Part shown: positions 23,425 to 33,120 of the stretch, piece after piece
Layout: the number at the start of each line of letters is the position of its first letter
Position numbering within the stretch: position 1 is the stretch's first letter
Assembly (NCBI GenBank): GCA_040285825.1
Contig: JAUPSS010000003.1
Span: 744,001-808,000 of the forward strand
Direction: 5' to 3'
Length of the DNA: 64,000 nucleotides
Source of the DNA: Eukaryota sp. TZLM1-RC
Taxonomy: Eukaryota; Protista; Metamonada: BaSk clade
Notes under the pieces: model-generated
Seen by the model: only the letters and a program-made list of their open reading frames with translations
Database searches by the model: none
Told to the model about the DNA's origin: nothing
Made by a program: the position numbers and the translations under genes

Positions 23425-25719
23425 TCACTTCCTAATTCTAGTACTACGTCTAGGCCTCTTGCAAGGCGTAGAGCTATTGGAGGTACTCTTACGTTGACTA
23501 GAGGTACGTTTTCCAATTTTCTTGTTATTCCTACTGAACAACTTGTAAGCTTCTGAATGTTTAACTGAATGGAGAGGCTCTTCTGTTGTCTCACCGCCAA
23601 ACCATTGAACAGTACAGAAACTACCTGAGTCAGAATTATATTCTGAGAGGATTTTCTCTATAACATGTTTCTCAGCATCGCCTGCTGCGACTGCCTTAAG
23701 GAATTCGATATCCTGAGGATTATCTGCGTTATAGATTTTACAATCTTTCTTGGAAGCCTTTAATTCACTGCCAGTGATAAGATTCTTTAATAATAAAGTA
23801 GAGTTGGAAGGATGGTCTATTACTAAAAAGGGTCCGTTCCAAGATCCATGTAATTTATTATTCTGTTTGGTTTTACGTAGGACATAGTCACCAATATTAA
23901 ATACTATAGAGCGCGAATTAGTATTGTCTACTGAAATCGGAGTATTTGATAATTGATGACGCTCTGCTTCTTCCCTTTTTTCTTGCAGACGAGTATTTTT
24001 CATTTTAATGTCGTCTAATAAAGGTATATTGGAATCAAATTTTGATAAGTTTCCTAATATGGTTGCAGGGTCCGATCTTGGACTAATCGAAGATCCGAAC
24101 ATTAGTTCGTAAGGTGTAAAACCTGTCTTTCTGCTTTTAGTGGAATTTATTAATAGTTGGGATATGGGTACATAAGTAGACCAATTTCCATAATCATTAA
24201 AATCTATTAATAATTTCCTCAAGCATTGTAGAACGTCTCTATGTTTCCGCTCTACGAGTCCATTACTTTCAGAGTAGTGGGGTATTGAGTTACTCATCTC
24301 AATAGCTAATCTATTACACACTATCTTAAAAGTCTCATTGGCGAACTCGGGACCATTATCACTATGAATTAACATAGGTATGCCAAAAATTGCGGAAACG
24401 TTCCAAATCAAAGCGTCTGCGGTCTCTAAGGCATTGAGTTCCTTCAGAGGGACTAAAATTGAATATCCAGTAAAAGAATCTACAAATACTAATAAGTATT
24501 TATTACCATCACTATCAGTATTCAGAGGTCCAATTGTGTCAACATTTAGTCTGGCAAAAGGACGATCTGCCCAAAGGGAACCTGTGGAAGGTGTATTTGT
24601 TCTTTTAACTGGTGCCGTTTTTTGACAAGTTGGGCATCTTTTGATGTGGTTTATGCGGTCCTTTCTCATATTAGGCCAGAAAAAGTCGCTTTTGGACAGT
24701 TTATGTAGACTGTCGTTTTTGCTGGGGTGGCCTGATTGAACCAATCCATGAATTAATAATAGTGCCTGTTTTCTGAGGCTTTTTGGAATTAAAATTTTAT
24801 TTTTGTTGTTTTTCCAAATTTGAGTATTTTCATCTAGAATTGCATTCTCAAATAGAAGGTCATTATTATTTTTGGCTATTTGTTGTTCAGATCTTATTTT
24901 AGAGAACCAGGAGGAAAAAATAGGTAAGTCCTGGTGTCTACTTAGGGATGAAATTGATGGGATGTCTTCGAAGTCCGAATCAGAATCATCGTCTATAGGA
25001 GGTATCTTGTAATTCGAAAGTAAAGTATTTGGTATATTTATACTCCATATAGAAGGAGTTTCCTCATTTTGATCTAAATCAATATTCCTCGATAGCATAT
25101 CTGCCCAGTGGTTATCTTCACCTGGTTCATTGACTATATCAAAGTCGAATTCAGATAGTATCGGCAGCCATCTCTTTACAATTCTATTTTTCTCTGGGGC
25201 TGTGGCCAGGAATGCAATGTTTTTGTGATCAGTGAAAATTGTTAGATGTCTAGTCAAAAGGTAGCTTTCTAAACAACGTTCAGTTAAAATCAGAAGTATT
25301 GCGTATAATTCTTTCTGTAAAGTGGACCATTTTCGTTGTGTTTCTGTAAGTAATCTACTATAAAACGACAACGGTTTCACTTTCCTTTTATTCAGCGGGG
25401 TTCCTGCAGGGGAGTATGGTTCACTTTCTTGCCAGATAACACCTCCAACTGCTACATCTGATGCGTCAGTACTTATTAATACGCGCTTGCCCGGAGCTGG
25501 TAGTTCAAGGGGCATGTGATTAATTATTAAATCTTTTATTTGTTTAAGATAATCGTCATGCTCGTTGGTCCATTTTATTATTCTAGGTTTTCCTTTAATT
25601 AACTCATTAATTGGAGCTATTAATTCGGAAATACCTGGAAGCCAATCTCTAATGTAATTGATGGATCCTACCAATGAGCGAACTTCTTTCACTGATTTTG
25701 GTCTAGGGATTCTCATCAA
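23425..25719 (-). CDS. Gypsy B pol C-terminal part (RT thumb, RNase H, integrase, chromodomain-like)
   Basis: TDASD, KELYA, TDHKN; HHCC; VDTIGP, SDNGPEF, VER; VIEKIL...VQWFG..TEEP. Confidence 0.9.
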   Translation of the reverse strand: MMRIPRPKSVKEVRSLVGSINYIRDWLPGISELIAPINELIKGKPRIIKWTNEHDDYLKQIKDLIINHMPLELPAPGKRVLISTDASDVAVGGVIWQESEPYSPAGTPLNKRKVKPLSFYSRLLTETQRKWSTLQKELYAILLILTERCLESYLLTRHLTIFTDHKNIAFLATAPEKNRIVKRWLPILSEFDFDIVNEPGEDNHWADMLSRNIDLDQNEETPSIWSINIPNTLLSNYKIPPIDDDSDSDFEDIPSISSLSRHQDLPIFSSWFSKIRSEQQIAKNNNDLLFENAILDENTQIWKNNKNKILIPKSLRKQALLLIHGLVQSGHPSKNDSLHKLSKSDFFWPNMRKDRINHIKRCPTCQKTAPVKRTNTPSTGSLWADRPFARLNVDTIGPLNTDSDGNKYLLVFVDSFTGYSILVPLKELNALETADALIWNVSAIFGIPMLIHSDNGPEFANETFKIVCNRLAIEMSNSIPHYSESNGLVERKHRDVLQCLRKLLIDFNDYGNWSTYVPISQLLINSTKSRKTGFTPYELMFGSSISPRSDPATILGNLSKFDSNIPLLDDIKMKNTRLQEKREEAERHQLSNTPISVDNTNSRSIVFNIGDYVLRKTKQNNKLHGSWNGPFLVIDHPSNSTLLLKNLITGSELKASKKDCKIYNADNPQDIEFLKAVAAGDAEKHVIEKILSEYNSDSGSFCTVQWFGGETTEEPLHSVKHSEAYKLFSRNNKKIGKRTSSQRKSTSNSSTPCKRPRRSTRIRK

Positions 25720-25772
25720 GGCTTCGATTTTTTTCTTACTAATAAATCTGGTTTTATCCTGGAAGGTGCTTC

Positions 25773-28181
25773 CTAAAATATCAATAGGGTGTTAGATGTT
25801 ACGAATTTACATTTACGTAAACCTATATTTACACGTCTATTTCTGGCGCATTGGAGGACTCTTTGTAATCTCTTATAGAATTCATCGAAAGTCGTTCCAA
25901 CTATTATAATGTCATCGATATATATAAAAACGCCATTAATTTGGAATATTTCCATCATTACGTTTTGAAAAACTGCTGGGATGTTCTTTAATCCGAAGCA
26001 AGCTCTTTTAAACATAATTGACCTTCCAGGGATTGAGATTGATGTTTTCTCAATGTCCTTTTCAGCTACATTCATCTGCCAGAAAGCTTTTGGTAAATCA
26101 ACCGTGGCTATGTAATCTGCTCTACTTAAAAATTCTAAAATATCACTAATCCTAGGTAGATTAGGCTCTACTGAAATCGTGTGGGCATTGACTCCATCTT
26201 TACCACTAAAGTCTCCAGTTAGCCTGGGTTTCTTGCCGTCAGGATATATAACTAAGACAATAGGAGAGCTGAATTTATAATTAGATTCAACTGCATAGCC
26301 CATTTCAATCAGTTCATCAAATATTTTGTTTGCTATTTCCATTTTGCTGGGATTTAATCGTCTAGCAGGTTTATGTACTATAGCGTTTTCGTCTCTAAAG
26401 GGGATTGTTAGAGGTTTACAATCGATTCCTTTTCTGTTTGGAGTTTCACTAAAAACATCGCTGAAAATTCCTAGTAGACTCGTTAATTTTATTTTATTAT
26501 TATCATCATCTAATTTTATCTCACAACCAGATCTAGTTAACTGCTCCTCAAAATCGGAAGGACTCGGTGATTGGTTATCTAAGGTCCCAATCGAATGTTG
26601 AGCGATTCTTGAGTCGAACTCAGATTCTGCATTTAACAAAGTGCGATGTTCTTTGTCTAATCTAATGAAAAGACCATCATCCGTCTGAAGCCCAAGTGTT
26701 TTTAACATGTCTATCCCTATTAATAATTTGTTCGAACCCGGGATTATGGGAAGAGTATGTCTATAATGTACTTGGTGCGCAATGCTTCCTACGTTGAACG
26801 ACAGAATACCATTTGCACTCCCTAGCGATTTACTTGATACGATATTGGCTGGTAAGAACTCAATTGTATCATCTCTATTAATTGACATGTTGCATTTGTT
26901 AGCCAAATCTTCTGTTATAACCGAACAAAACGCTGCCGAATCAATAGTTGCAATCATTTTTATATTATTTATTAAAATCTCCAATCTTGGAAATGGAGAA
27001 CGCTGGGATCTGATGTGGTTCTCACTAACCGTAGAATTTATACCAAAAATACTATTGATATCAGAGCTGGGTTTGTGGAATTGTGGAGGATTTAGTAAGA
27101 ATTGTTGAGCTGTTGGGGAGTTGTTAACTGGGTTTCCGAAATCGGCAATTGATTGATTATGATTGATTGCGTTGATTTGTTTCCGATTGGGAAAGTTTCC
27201 TGTATTTCTGACCCTGTTGCTGAAACGGTCAATCCGTCTGTGAGAGGTCATGCTCGAACTAGCTGACACGTTCACAGAAGGGGATGATGTTGATGATGTA
27301 TCCTCTTGTGTATTTATGTAATAAATAGGTCTATATTGACCTCTACCTTTATGTCCTCTAAAATGGCCACCTCGGCCCCTACCTCTAAACCTAGAAACAC
27401 GTCTACCACGGCCACCTCGGCCTCTAACTACACTGCCACTTCTCGCAGGCTGATCAGCCTCGCCGATCTTAAACCTCAATTCTTTTGGTACCTCGCTCCT
27501 GGTACAACGAGGGTCTTTGCATTCGAAAACCGTGTGACCGATAGGATTATTTCCTTCGGTGACGTTACAGAATGTACAGAACTTAGATCCCTCTCGTTCA
27601 TGTCTTTCTGGGACATATTTGTTTTGGGGAGTTCCTTTGAATCCGCCTCCCGAGCGACGTTTAGTACCTGGACCAGATGGGGTTGCTCCTCTAGAGAACG
27701 TTCTCATGGTCGAAAGGCCTAATGGGATGTCTTCTTCTCTTTCAGCTTGTTTTCTCAAAAGTTCCATGGTGTGCCTATTTCCTGTTGTTTGGCACCAAGC
27801 TAGAAAGTGTCTCCTGGTGGTCGAAATCAGGTCTAACAAAGTTGTACCTGTTGAAGGGTCCCATAAATCTTCTCTTGTCCAATGGCTTGCCAGCTCTTTG
27901 GTAATGGCAAAATTATCTATACCCAAGAGAAAATGTTCTGCAATAAGGGCGGGTGAGAGGGTTATTAAACCGCTGCTTCCCCTAATTGATGCAGATATGG
28001 AGTGATCAACCATATAGGTAGTCATCCTCAGGACGTCTCCAAAATCTTCGACGAACCTACCAAATTCGTTGTCCGCATCCACTTTGTTATGGATGTTTCT
28101 CCAATTTATGCATGGTTTCGCTAGGGCGGAGCAAGCCTCGTGATATGAGATAAATTGTGTCCTGCGTAGCAAAAAAACCAT
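25773..28181 (-). CDS. Gypsy B gag C-terminus, protease and RT
   Basis: CTFC...HTVFEC knuckle, RGG repeats, IDSAA protease, DLPKAFWQ, FGLKN, YIDD. Confidence 0.9.
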   Translation of the reverse strand: MVFLLRRTQFISYHEACSALAKPCINWRNIHNKVDADNEFGRFVEDFGDVLRMTTYMVDHSISASIRGSSGLITLSPALIAEHFLLGIDNFAITKELASHWTREDLWDPSTGTTLLDLISTTRRHFLAWCQTTGNRHTMELLRKQAEREEDIPLGLSTMRTFSRGATPSGPGTKRRSGGGFKGTPQNKYVPERHEREGSKFCTFCNVTEGNNPIGHTVFECKDPRCTRSEVPKELRFKIGEADQPARSGSVVRGRGGRGRRVSRFRGRGRGGHFRGHKGRGQYRPIYYINTQEDTSSTSSPSVNVSASSSMTSHRRIDRFSNRVRNTGNFPNRKQINAINHNQSIADFGNPVNNSPTAQQFLLNPPQFHKPSSDINSIFGINSTVSENHIRSQRSPFPRLEILINNIKMIATIDSAAFCSVITEDLANKCNMSINRDDTIEFLPANIVSSKSLGSANGILSFNVGSIAHQVHYRHTLPIIPGSNKLLIGIDMLKTLGLQTDDGLFIRLDKEHRTLLNAESEFDSRIAQHSIGTLDNQSPSPSDFEEQLTRSGCEIKLDDDNNKIKLTSLLGIFSDVFSETPNRKGIDCKPLTIPFRDENAIVHKPARRLNPSKMEIANKIFDELIEMGYAVESNYKFSSPIVLVIYPDGKKPRLTGDFSGKDGVNAHTISVEPNLPRISDILEFLSRADYIATVDLPKAFWQMNVAEKDIEKTSISIPGRSIMFKRACFGLKNIPAVFQNVMMEIFQINGVFIYIDDIIIVGTTFDEFYKRLQRVLQCARNRRVNIGLRKCKFVTSNTLLIF

Positions 28182-28185
28182 TAAG

Positions 28186-30126
28186 TCAGCGTCTGAGAAG
28201 TCTTAGAAGTCCTTGGCCTTGCCATCTAGAGATGAGATGGGGGTCGACCATGCTTGATAAGCCGGATGGACAAGTACTTATCATCATACTTCTGAATAAG
28301 TCATAATGATGGATAGGAGGTCCCAAACGTTTCGTCAGTTCTGGGTCGATCCTTAAGAGTGGCTGTTTCATGTCCCTGTCCATTTCTTCTCTGATGTGAG
28401 ATGGGAGTGATGATAACAACTCAGGGGTAATCTGGGTCTTTCCTTCGCCAAATATTTGGGTTGCTATCAACATAGCACGAGACCAATCAGATTGACCAGG
28501 GGCTTGAAAGCTTCGATTGGCTATCTTGCGCCCATATTTGTCCCATGTTTGGAATTTGAGGAGGAAGGAGACGAGAGACATCTTATTGAGAGGGTCCTTC
28601 TCAGATAGGTGAGGGGCTTTATATTCAGCTGACCTAGGCTGAGAGTCCACATGTCTCTGAAGACTACTTGCTATACTCATATCCAAAATATTTCTAGAAG
28701 CTTGGAGGTCTTCCAAACGGAGAGGCTCCTCAGAAGTAACTCTTCTACGAGGGGGTTGAGGAGGAGGTGTTTCATCTAAACTAGGTCCTCTCAACTCGAC
28801 TTCGTCTTCTGATGCGCTAGTGAGCATGGGTTGGGAGGGACTTGATGGTCCCTGAACCACTCTGGTAGGTCTGTTTGCTCGTTCTGTCACATCTACTGTT
28901 GGGATGTGATCAGGGAGTACGTCAATGGAACAGACTTGTACCGGTTGCTCTTTTTTAGATATAATGGGGGCAATTATAGGAAGTTTAGGTCTCTGGTGGA
29001 GCTCTGTTGATTGATCACCCGTGACCAAGAACCTGAACTTCTTCTTCCTTGTCGTTGATTCCCCGAATTGCTGAATGAAGTTATTTGGGCGGCTCCTAAA
29101 TGTGGATACGCTTGAACGTTCCGTAAGTATATTATTTAGGGCGTCCGCGTCAAAGAAGTCACTGACGGGATCCAACTTACTTGGATTTGTGCTGTCTGCT
29201 TGTTCCATGTATTCTCTGAAACAAGTAGGAGCCCCATCCTCTACTTCTGAGTAGTTATGGATGATCGTATCAAAGTACGAGTCCATCCATGCCGGTAATT
29301 TAGTTTGCAGGATGTCGTCGGTATCAGTTCTGCTCCTTCGTTCGATGGCTAAGAACCTGATCCTTCTCCCGAACTGATCTAAGTGAATGGCTTCCCAATC
29401 AGGCCTATCTTTGATAGGTTTTGCCAGAATCACATGGATCTCTCTATCCATACCGGTTATCCTAGGACGGCGTTCTGCCCCGCGTCCATAGGTCTCTCTA
29501 CTCAAAGTGTCCAACGCGTTAATGAGTTCTCTTCTCTCATTTTGAGGGAATTCGTACACTCTATTAGGGTCCCCTTTATGGCCCAGAGTCTGAAATCCCA
29601 CATTTCTACCAGATTTTGATATTTGCTTCCAAAGAGGAGGGGGCTGCTCGAACAAACAGTAATCTGTTGGTTCAAGGTGAGATTCCGCGTCCTTCATTAT
29701 CTGTTGGCGAAGCTCTTTTTCATCGTCGTCCATTTCTTCTAAAACGGACTGGAGTTCTTCGTAGTCCTTTAGGGCAGACGAAGTATCCGAGTTTAACTCA
29801 ACATTTTCTTTAGGTGAGGAGGGGGGTGGTCCCGTTCCTGAAACCTTATCTGGTTTGTTGGACATGGAAGAGGCGGGAGGTGGTTCCGTGCCTGGTTCCA
29901 TTGTTTTTGATTTGGAAGAGGCGGGAGGTGGTTCCGTGCCTGGTTCCATATCTTTCTCATGAGGAGGGGCGGAGGGTGGTCTCGAGCCCGAGTCCTCTTC
30001 TTTATTTGACTCTTCAGTCCCTACTGATGTTGTATGTATGCTCAAAGCATCTCTGTCGTACTGTTGCATCTGTCTAATGTAAAAAATTTGGCTGGAGTCA
30101 GTGTCCTGGCGAGGAGAGACTGACAT
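28186..30126 (-). CDS. Gypsy B gag N-terminal region
   Basis: First ORF after the 5' LTR. GPPIHHYDLFRSM resembles the family A gag GQPVHQYDFVRSM. Contains a tandem MEPGTEPPPASS repeat. Confidence 0.75.
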   Translation of the reverse strand: MSVSPRQDTDSSQIFYIRQMQQYDRDALSIHTTSVGTEESNKEEDSGSRPPSAPPHEKDMEPGTEPPPASSKSKTMEPGTEPPPASSMSNKPDKVSGTGPPPSSPKENVELNSDTSSALKDYEELQSVLEEMDDDEKELRQQIMKDAESHLEPTDYCLFEQPPPLWKQISKSGRNVGFQTLGHKGDPNRVYEFPQNERRELINALDTLSRETYGRGAERRPRITGMDREIHVILAKPIKDRPDWEAIHLDQFGRRIRFLAIERRSRTDTDDILQTKLPAWMDSYFDTIIHNYSEVEDGAPTCFREYMEQADSTNPSKLDPVSDFFDADALNNILTERSSVSTFRSRPNNFIQQFGESTTRKKKFRFLVTGDQSTELHQRPKLPIIAPIISKKEQPVQVCSIDVLPDHIPTVDVTERANRPTRVVQGPSSPSQPMLTSASEDEVELRGPSLDETPPPQPPRRRVTSEEPLRLEDLQASRNILDMSIASSLQRHVDSQPRSAEYKAPHLSEKDPLNKMSLVSFLLKFQTWDKYGRKIANRSFQAPGQSDWSRAMLIATQIFGEGKTQITPELLSSLPSHIREEMDRDMKQPLLRIDPELTKRLGPPIHHYDLFRSMMISTCPSGLSSMVDPHLISRWQGQGLLRLLRR

Positions 30127-30209
30127 GATATCTGCTGAAGATATCCTCTGTTTGATAGCTGTGAGTTGTGTAAACGGTATACCTATAACCTAATACGGCC
30201 AATAATTAT

Positions 30210-30290
30210 TGTTGCCTTAGGTTGCAAAAGTGGTTGAGATAAAGATAATTTATTTTCTATTCATATTATAAAAGCCTTAGGGCGCCAACA
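30210..30290 (-). repeat. 5' LTR of Gypsy B (81 bp)
   Basis: TGTTG...CAACA, followed on the minus strand by ATAATTATTGGCC. Confidence 0.92.
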
Positions 30291-33120
30291 CTAATGAAGA
30301 TAGTCATACATCAGTGCTGTCATAAACTACAACTCACCATCAGGGATTGAAATCACCCAGGTCTTTGATCGGGTGACCTCCTTTTCATTCTCATAAATCC
30401 TCCTAAATCAACTCCGGTAATTTTGAAAACTATCAAATAGCTTTGGGTTATGACGAACATAAGTAAAACAAATCACAACTTAATCTGTTCAAAATGAATG
30501 TTATGTTGGAAAGAAATTGTTATGCTAGGCAAATTGAAGATGTGTGTCAAGAATTAACAACTGGGTGCCCTAGTTCACCAAGAGCAAGTGGTTGAAATTT
30601 CATACCACCATTTTCTCGACTACTGAGGACAAGTACCAGTGAGGACAAGTACTACATAAGAAGGCAGTCCTTCAAGCTTTTTTTGAAACAAAATGATTGG
30701 TAAATCGACAAGCATTACTTGCCATATGGTGATTGCAGAAATTGCGTGTAATACGAGGGTGTTTTTTGCCGATGGTGAACCCTTTGTGAGCTATGTATTT
30801 GAAGAGTGGATTCAAGTATATGCATTTCAAAATTACAACATAAGCTAGTTCAATTTAAAAGGATAACAACAACAATTGAGATTTCTCTGGCGTGTAGTGC
30901 GGTGTCATTTTTTATTATACGTGTGTTTTCAAACCTTAATCTGAACTGGCAATTGTCCACCAAGTATTTTACTGACATCATATTTATCCAGGGGTTGGGT
31001 CTTCCTCTTGCTGTGTCTTGATTTTTTATGTATTTTTTTATTTTGTCTGCCTCCACTACACTCAGCGAAATTGGAAGGGTTGATGTGATTTTTAGACTCA
31101 TGATTCATTTATTGTTCTATTTCTCGAACACTATTGATAAGATTTTGTAAATTTTCCATACATACAACCCTTTCAATTATGTACAATAAAGGACTTTGTC
31201 TTGAAAACACACAAGCACGAGTGAATAACCAGTGAATACAGGCTATGATTGCAAGAATATTTTTAGTTTTCTACATCAACAAACCATCAGTAACTTCAAC
31301 CACAGCATTTTTCAGCATCAGGACCTTTTTGGCCTTCAACTTACGCTCTAACAGAACACTACCATTTACCTCTTGAAAACTTCAACTTGGCTTATTTACT
31401 TGTATTTCATTATCCTTTAAGTGAATGTTGTTCAGAAATAATAACCTTGTCAAAATTTTAATAAATATTCGTAATGTACATGTTTGTGGGAGGATAATTT
31501 TAAAAAAAATCAAAAAATCATTATTTAAAAAATCTCTAGTTCTGCAAAATGAAAAGTGAAATGCCCTGATTTAGAGAATATTTCATTTGATAACCAATTC
31601 CAACGCTGTCCACCATTCTGTGCGATAAAACAGAGAAATCTGTTTAACTTCGGATTACCATAAATCCATTGGGAAATTCAGTAATCTTTCAATTAGTGTC
31701 TATTTTTTCAGTTTATTTTTTACAAAAATAATTTCTGCTATAACGAATAACAAAATAAAACCTAATAATCAGTTCATCAACGACTTTTCTCGCTGACTTA
31801 TAAATTCTTCTCCATTATAGGGAATCGTTTTTGTTGTTACTGATCCGTGGGTATCAGATTTGTTCAAGTCTTTCAAGTGTGAAAATCAATTAAGATTTTT
31901 AATAAACATAAAAGGGATTCATAGCAATGTAGAGCTAACAACTTTAAAAATCAATCAGGTCATTTGAGAAACGTGAGCACACGTGTGCAGGAACAAACTG
32001 AACCCTGACTACTTTTGGATTAGAAACATCCAACAACTACAGATGCAAAAACAATAAGCAACTTTAGCCCAAACTCGCTCCAAAAGCAGCATTTATTCGA
32101 TCCATTAATTTTTCTATTCTGATTCGTAGTTATGAGTACACACGCAACTTCGTTGAAGCATTTGTCTCATAAGCTAGTACTGGTCATGGCAAATTTGTGA
32201 TTTATAATATAATATTGAGGGCGTTATTATTAATAAACATTGATTCTTATGAAAAAGGGTGGCAACCATTTGAGAAACAAGTTCGTCATCACTTTCTGAT
32301 AATACTTTATGAACTGATCAGAAATCCAACACTTACCCTTTCATGAACCACAGTTCATATCTTGAAACTTGCTTTGAGAATACCAGTAGAAACAACCACC
32401 GCAACTCTCCCTTGTTACTTGTTAGTTGCTCGTTTAATTGCTGTAGTAAAATCTGGACACTGTATAAACCCTGATCGTATTCGTTCAATTGCTATCGACG
32501 AATTTTTCATTCATCTCTTTGCTGCAATAGATTCAATCGTATTTCTCTTAATGCTGCAAAATTTTGATCACCTATCAAATAACGCCTACTTAGTGTCGAA
32601 AATACCACAATCATTAAGCACCACTATTATCAGAGAATGCTAAATCTCACACTCATTATGTCCCTTTACCTTTTCCTAACATGGTTGCCGTGGCCCCTGT
32701 TTGCTTAATCATTTTTGAAAACTGCGAAACAAGGTACTGGACGAGCTTTGATATCATGGTACATTGTTTAACTTATTTATAGAAATAAATCAAGGTCAGT
32801 GAAAAAGGAGTCACAGAATAATCAATGTATATTTGATTAAAAACTTATGCTGTGGACTGAATTTGGTAAAGTGAAGTAGCAGTATTTGCATCTTTCCCAC
32901 TAAAAAGAAAGGCTTTCTCGGTGTAAGGAACCAATCAATTAAATTTTTTTGATCACCGTTACAGTGGTGACTTTTTAAAATCATTATTGAACAAATTTTC
33001 TTCATCTACTGAGAGTTTTCCATTTATACAAATAAGAAAGTACTATAGACGAGTTGGTATTTGGATCAACATAATCTTGAATGTTTTTGTGAATTCCAGT
33101 AGAATCGAATTTTTTCTAGA

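Larger units (their letters stand above)
23228..30290 (-). mobile_element. Full-length Ty3/Gypsy LTR retrotransposon, family B (frameshifted)
   Basis: Two 81-bp LTRs (80/81 identical), flanks TTAA and CTAA (4-bp TSD with one mismatch), PPT GAAAAAGGGAAGAAGCAG, and gag-PR-RT-RH-IN order. Confidence 0.95.

Noticed and set aside
26326-28005. Antisense and alternate-frame ORFs over Gypsy, DBP2, SKI2 and other genes
   Set aside because: Shadow ORFs of real coding sequences with no independent motifs.
29860-29950. CRISPR-like or regulatory repeat
   Set aside because: It is a two-copy 48-bp coding repeat (MEPGTEPPPASS) within gag; there is no spacer array.
30800-33050. Short ORFs such as 32362-32643 as genes
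   Set aside because: No recognisable motifs, non-ATG starts and many stops; probably decayed DNA of unknown origin.
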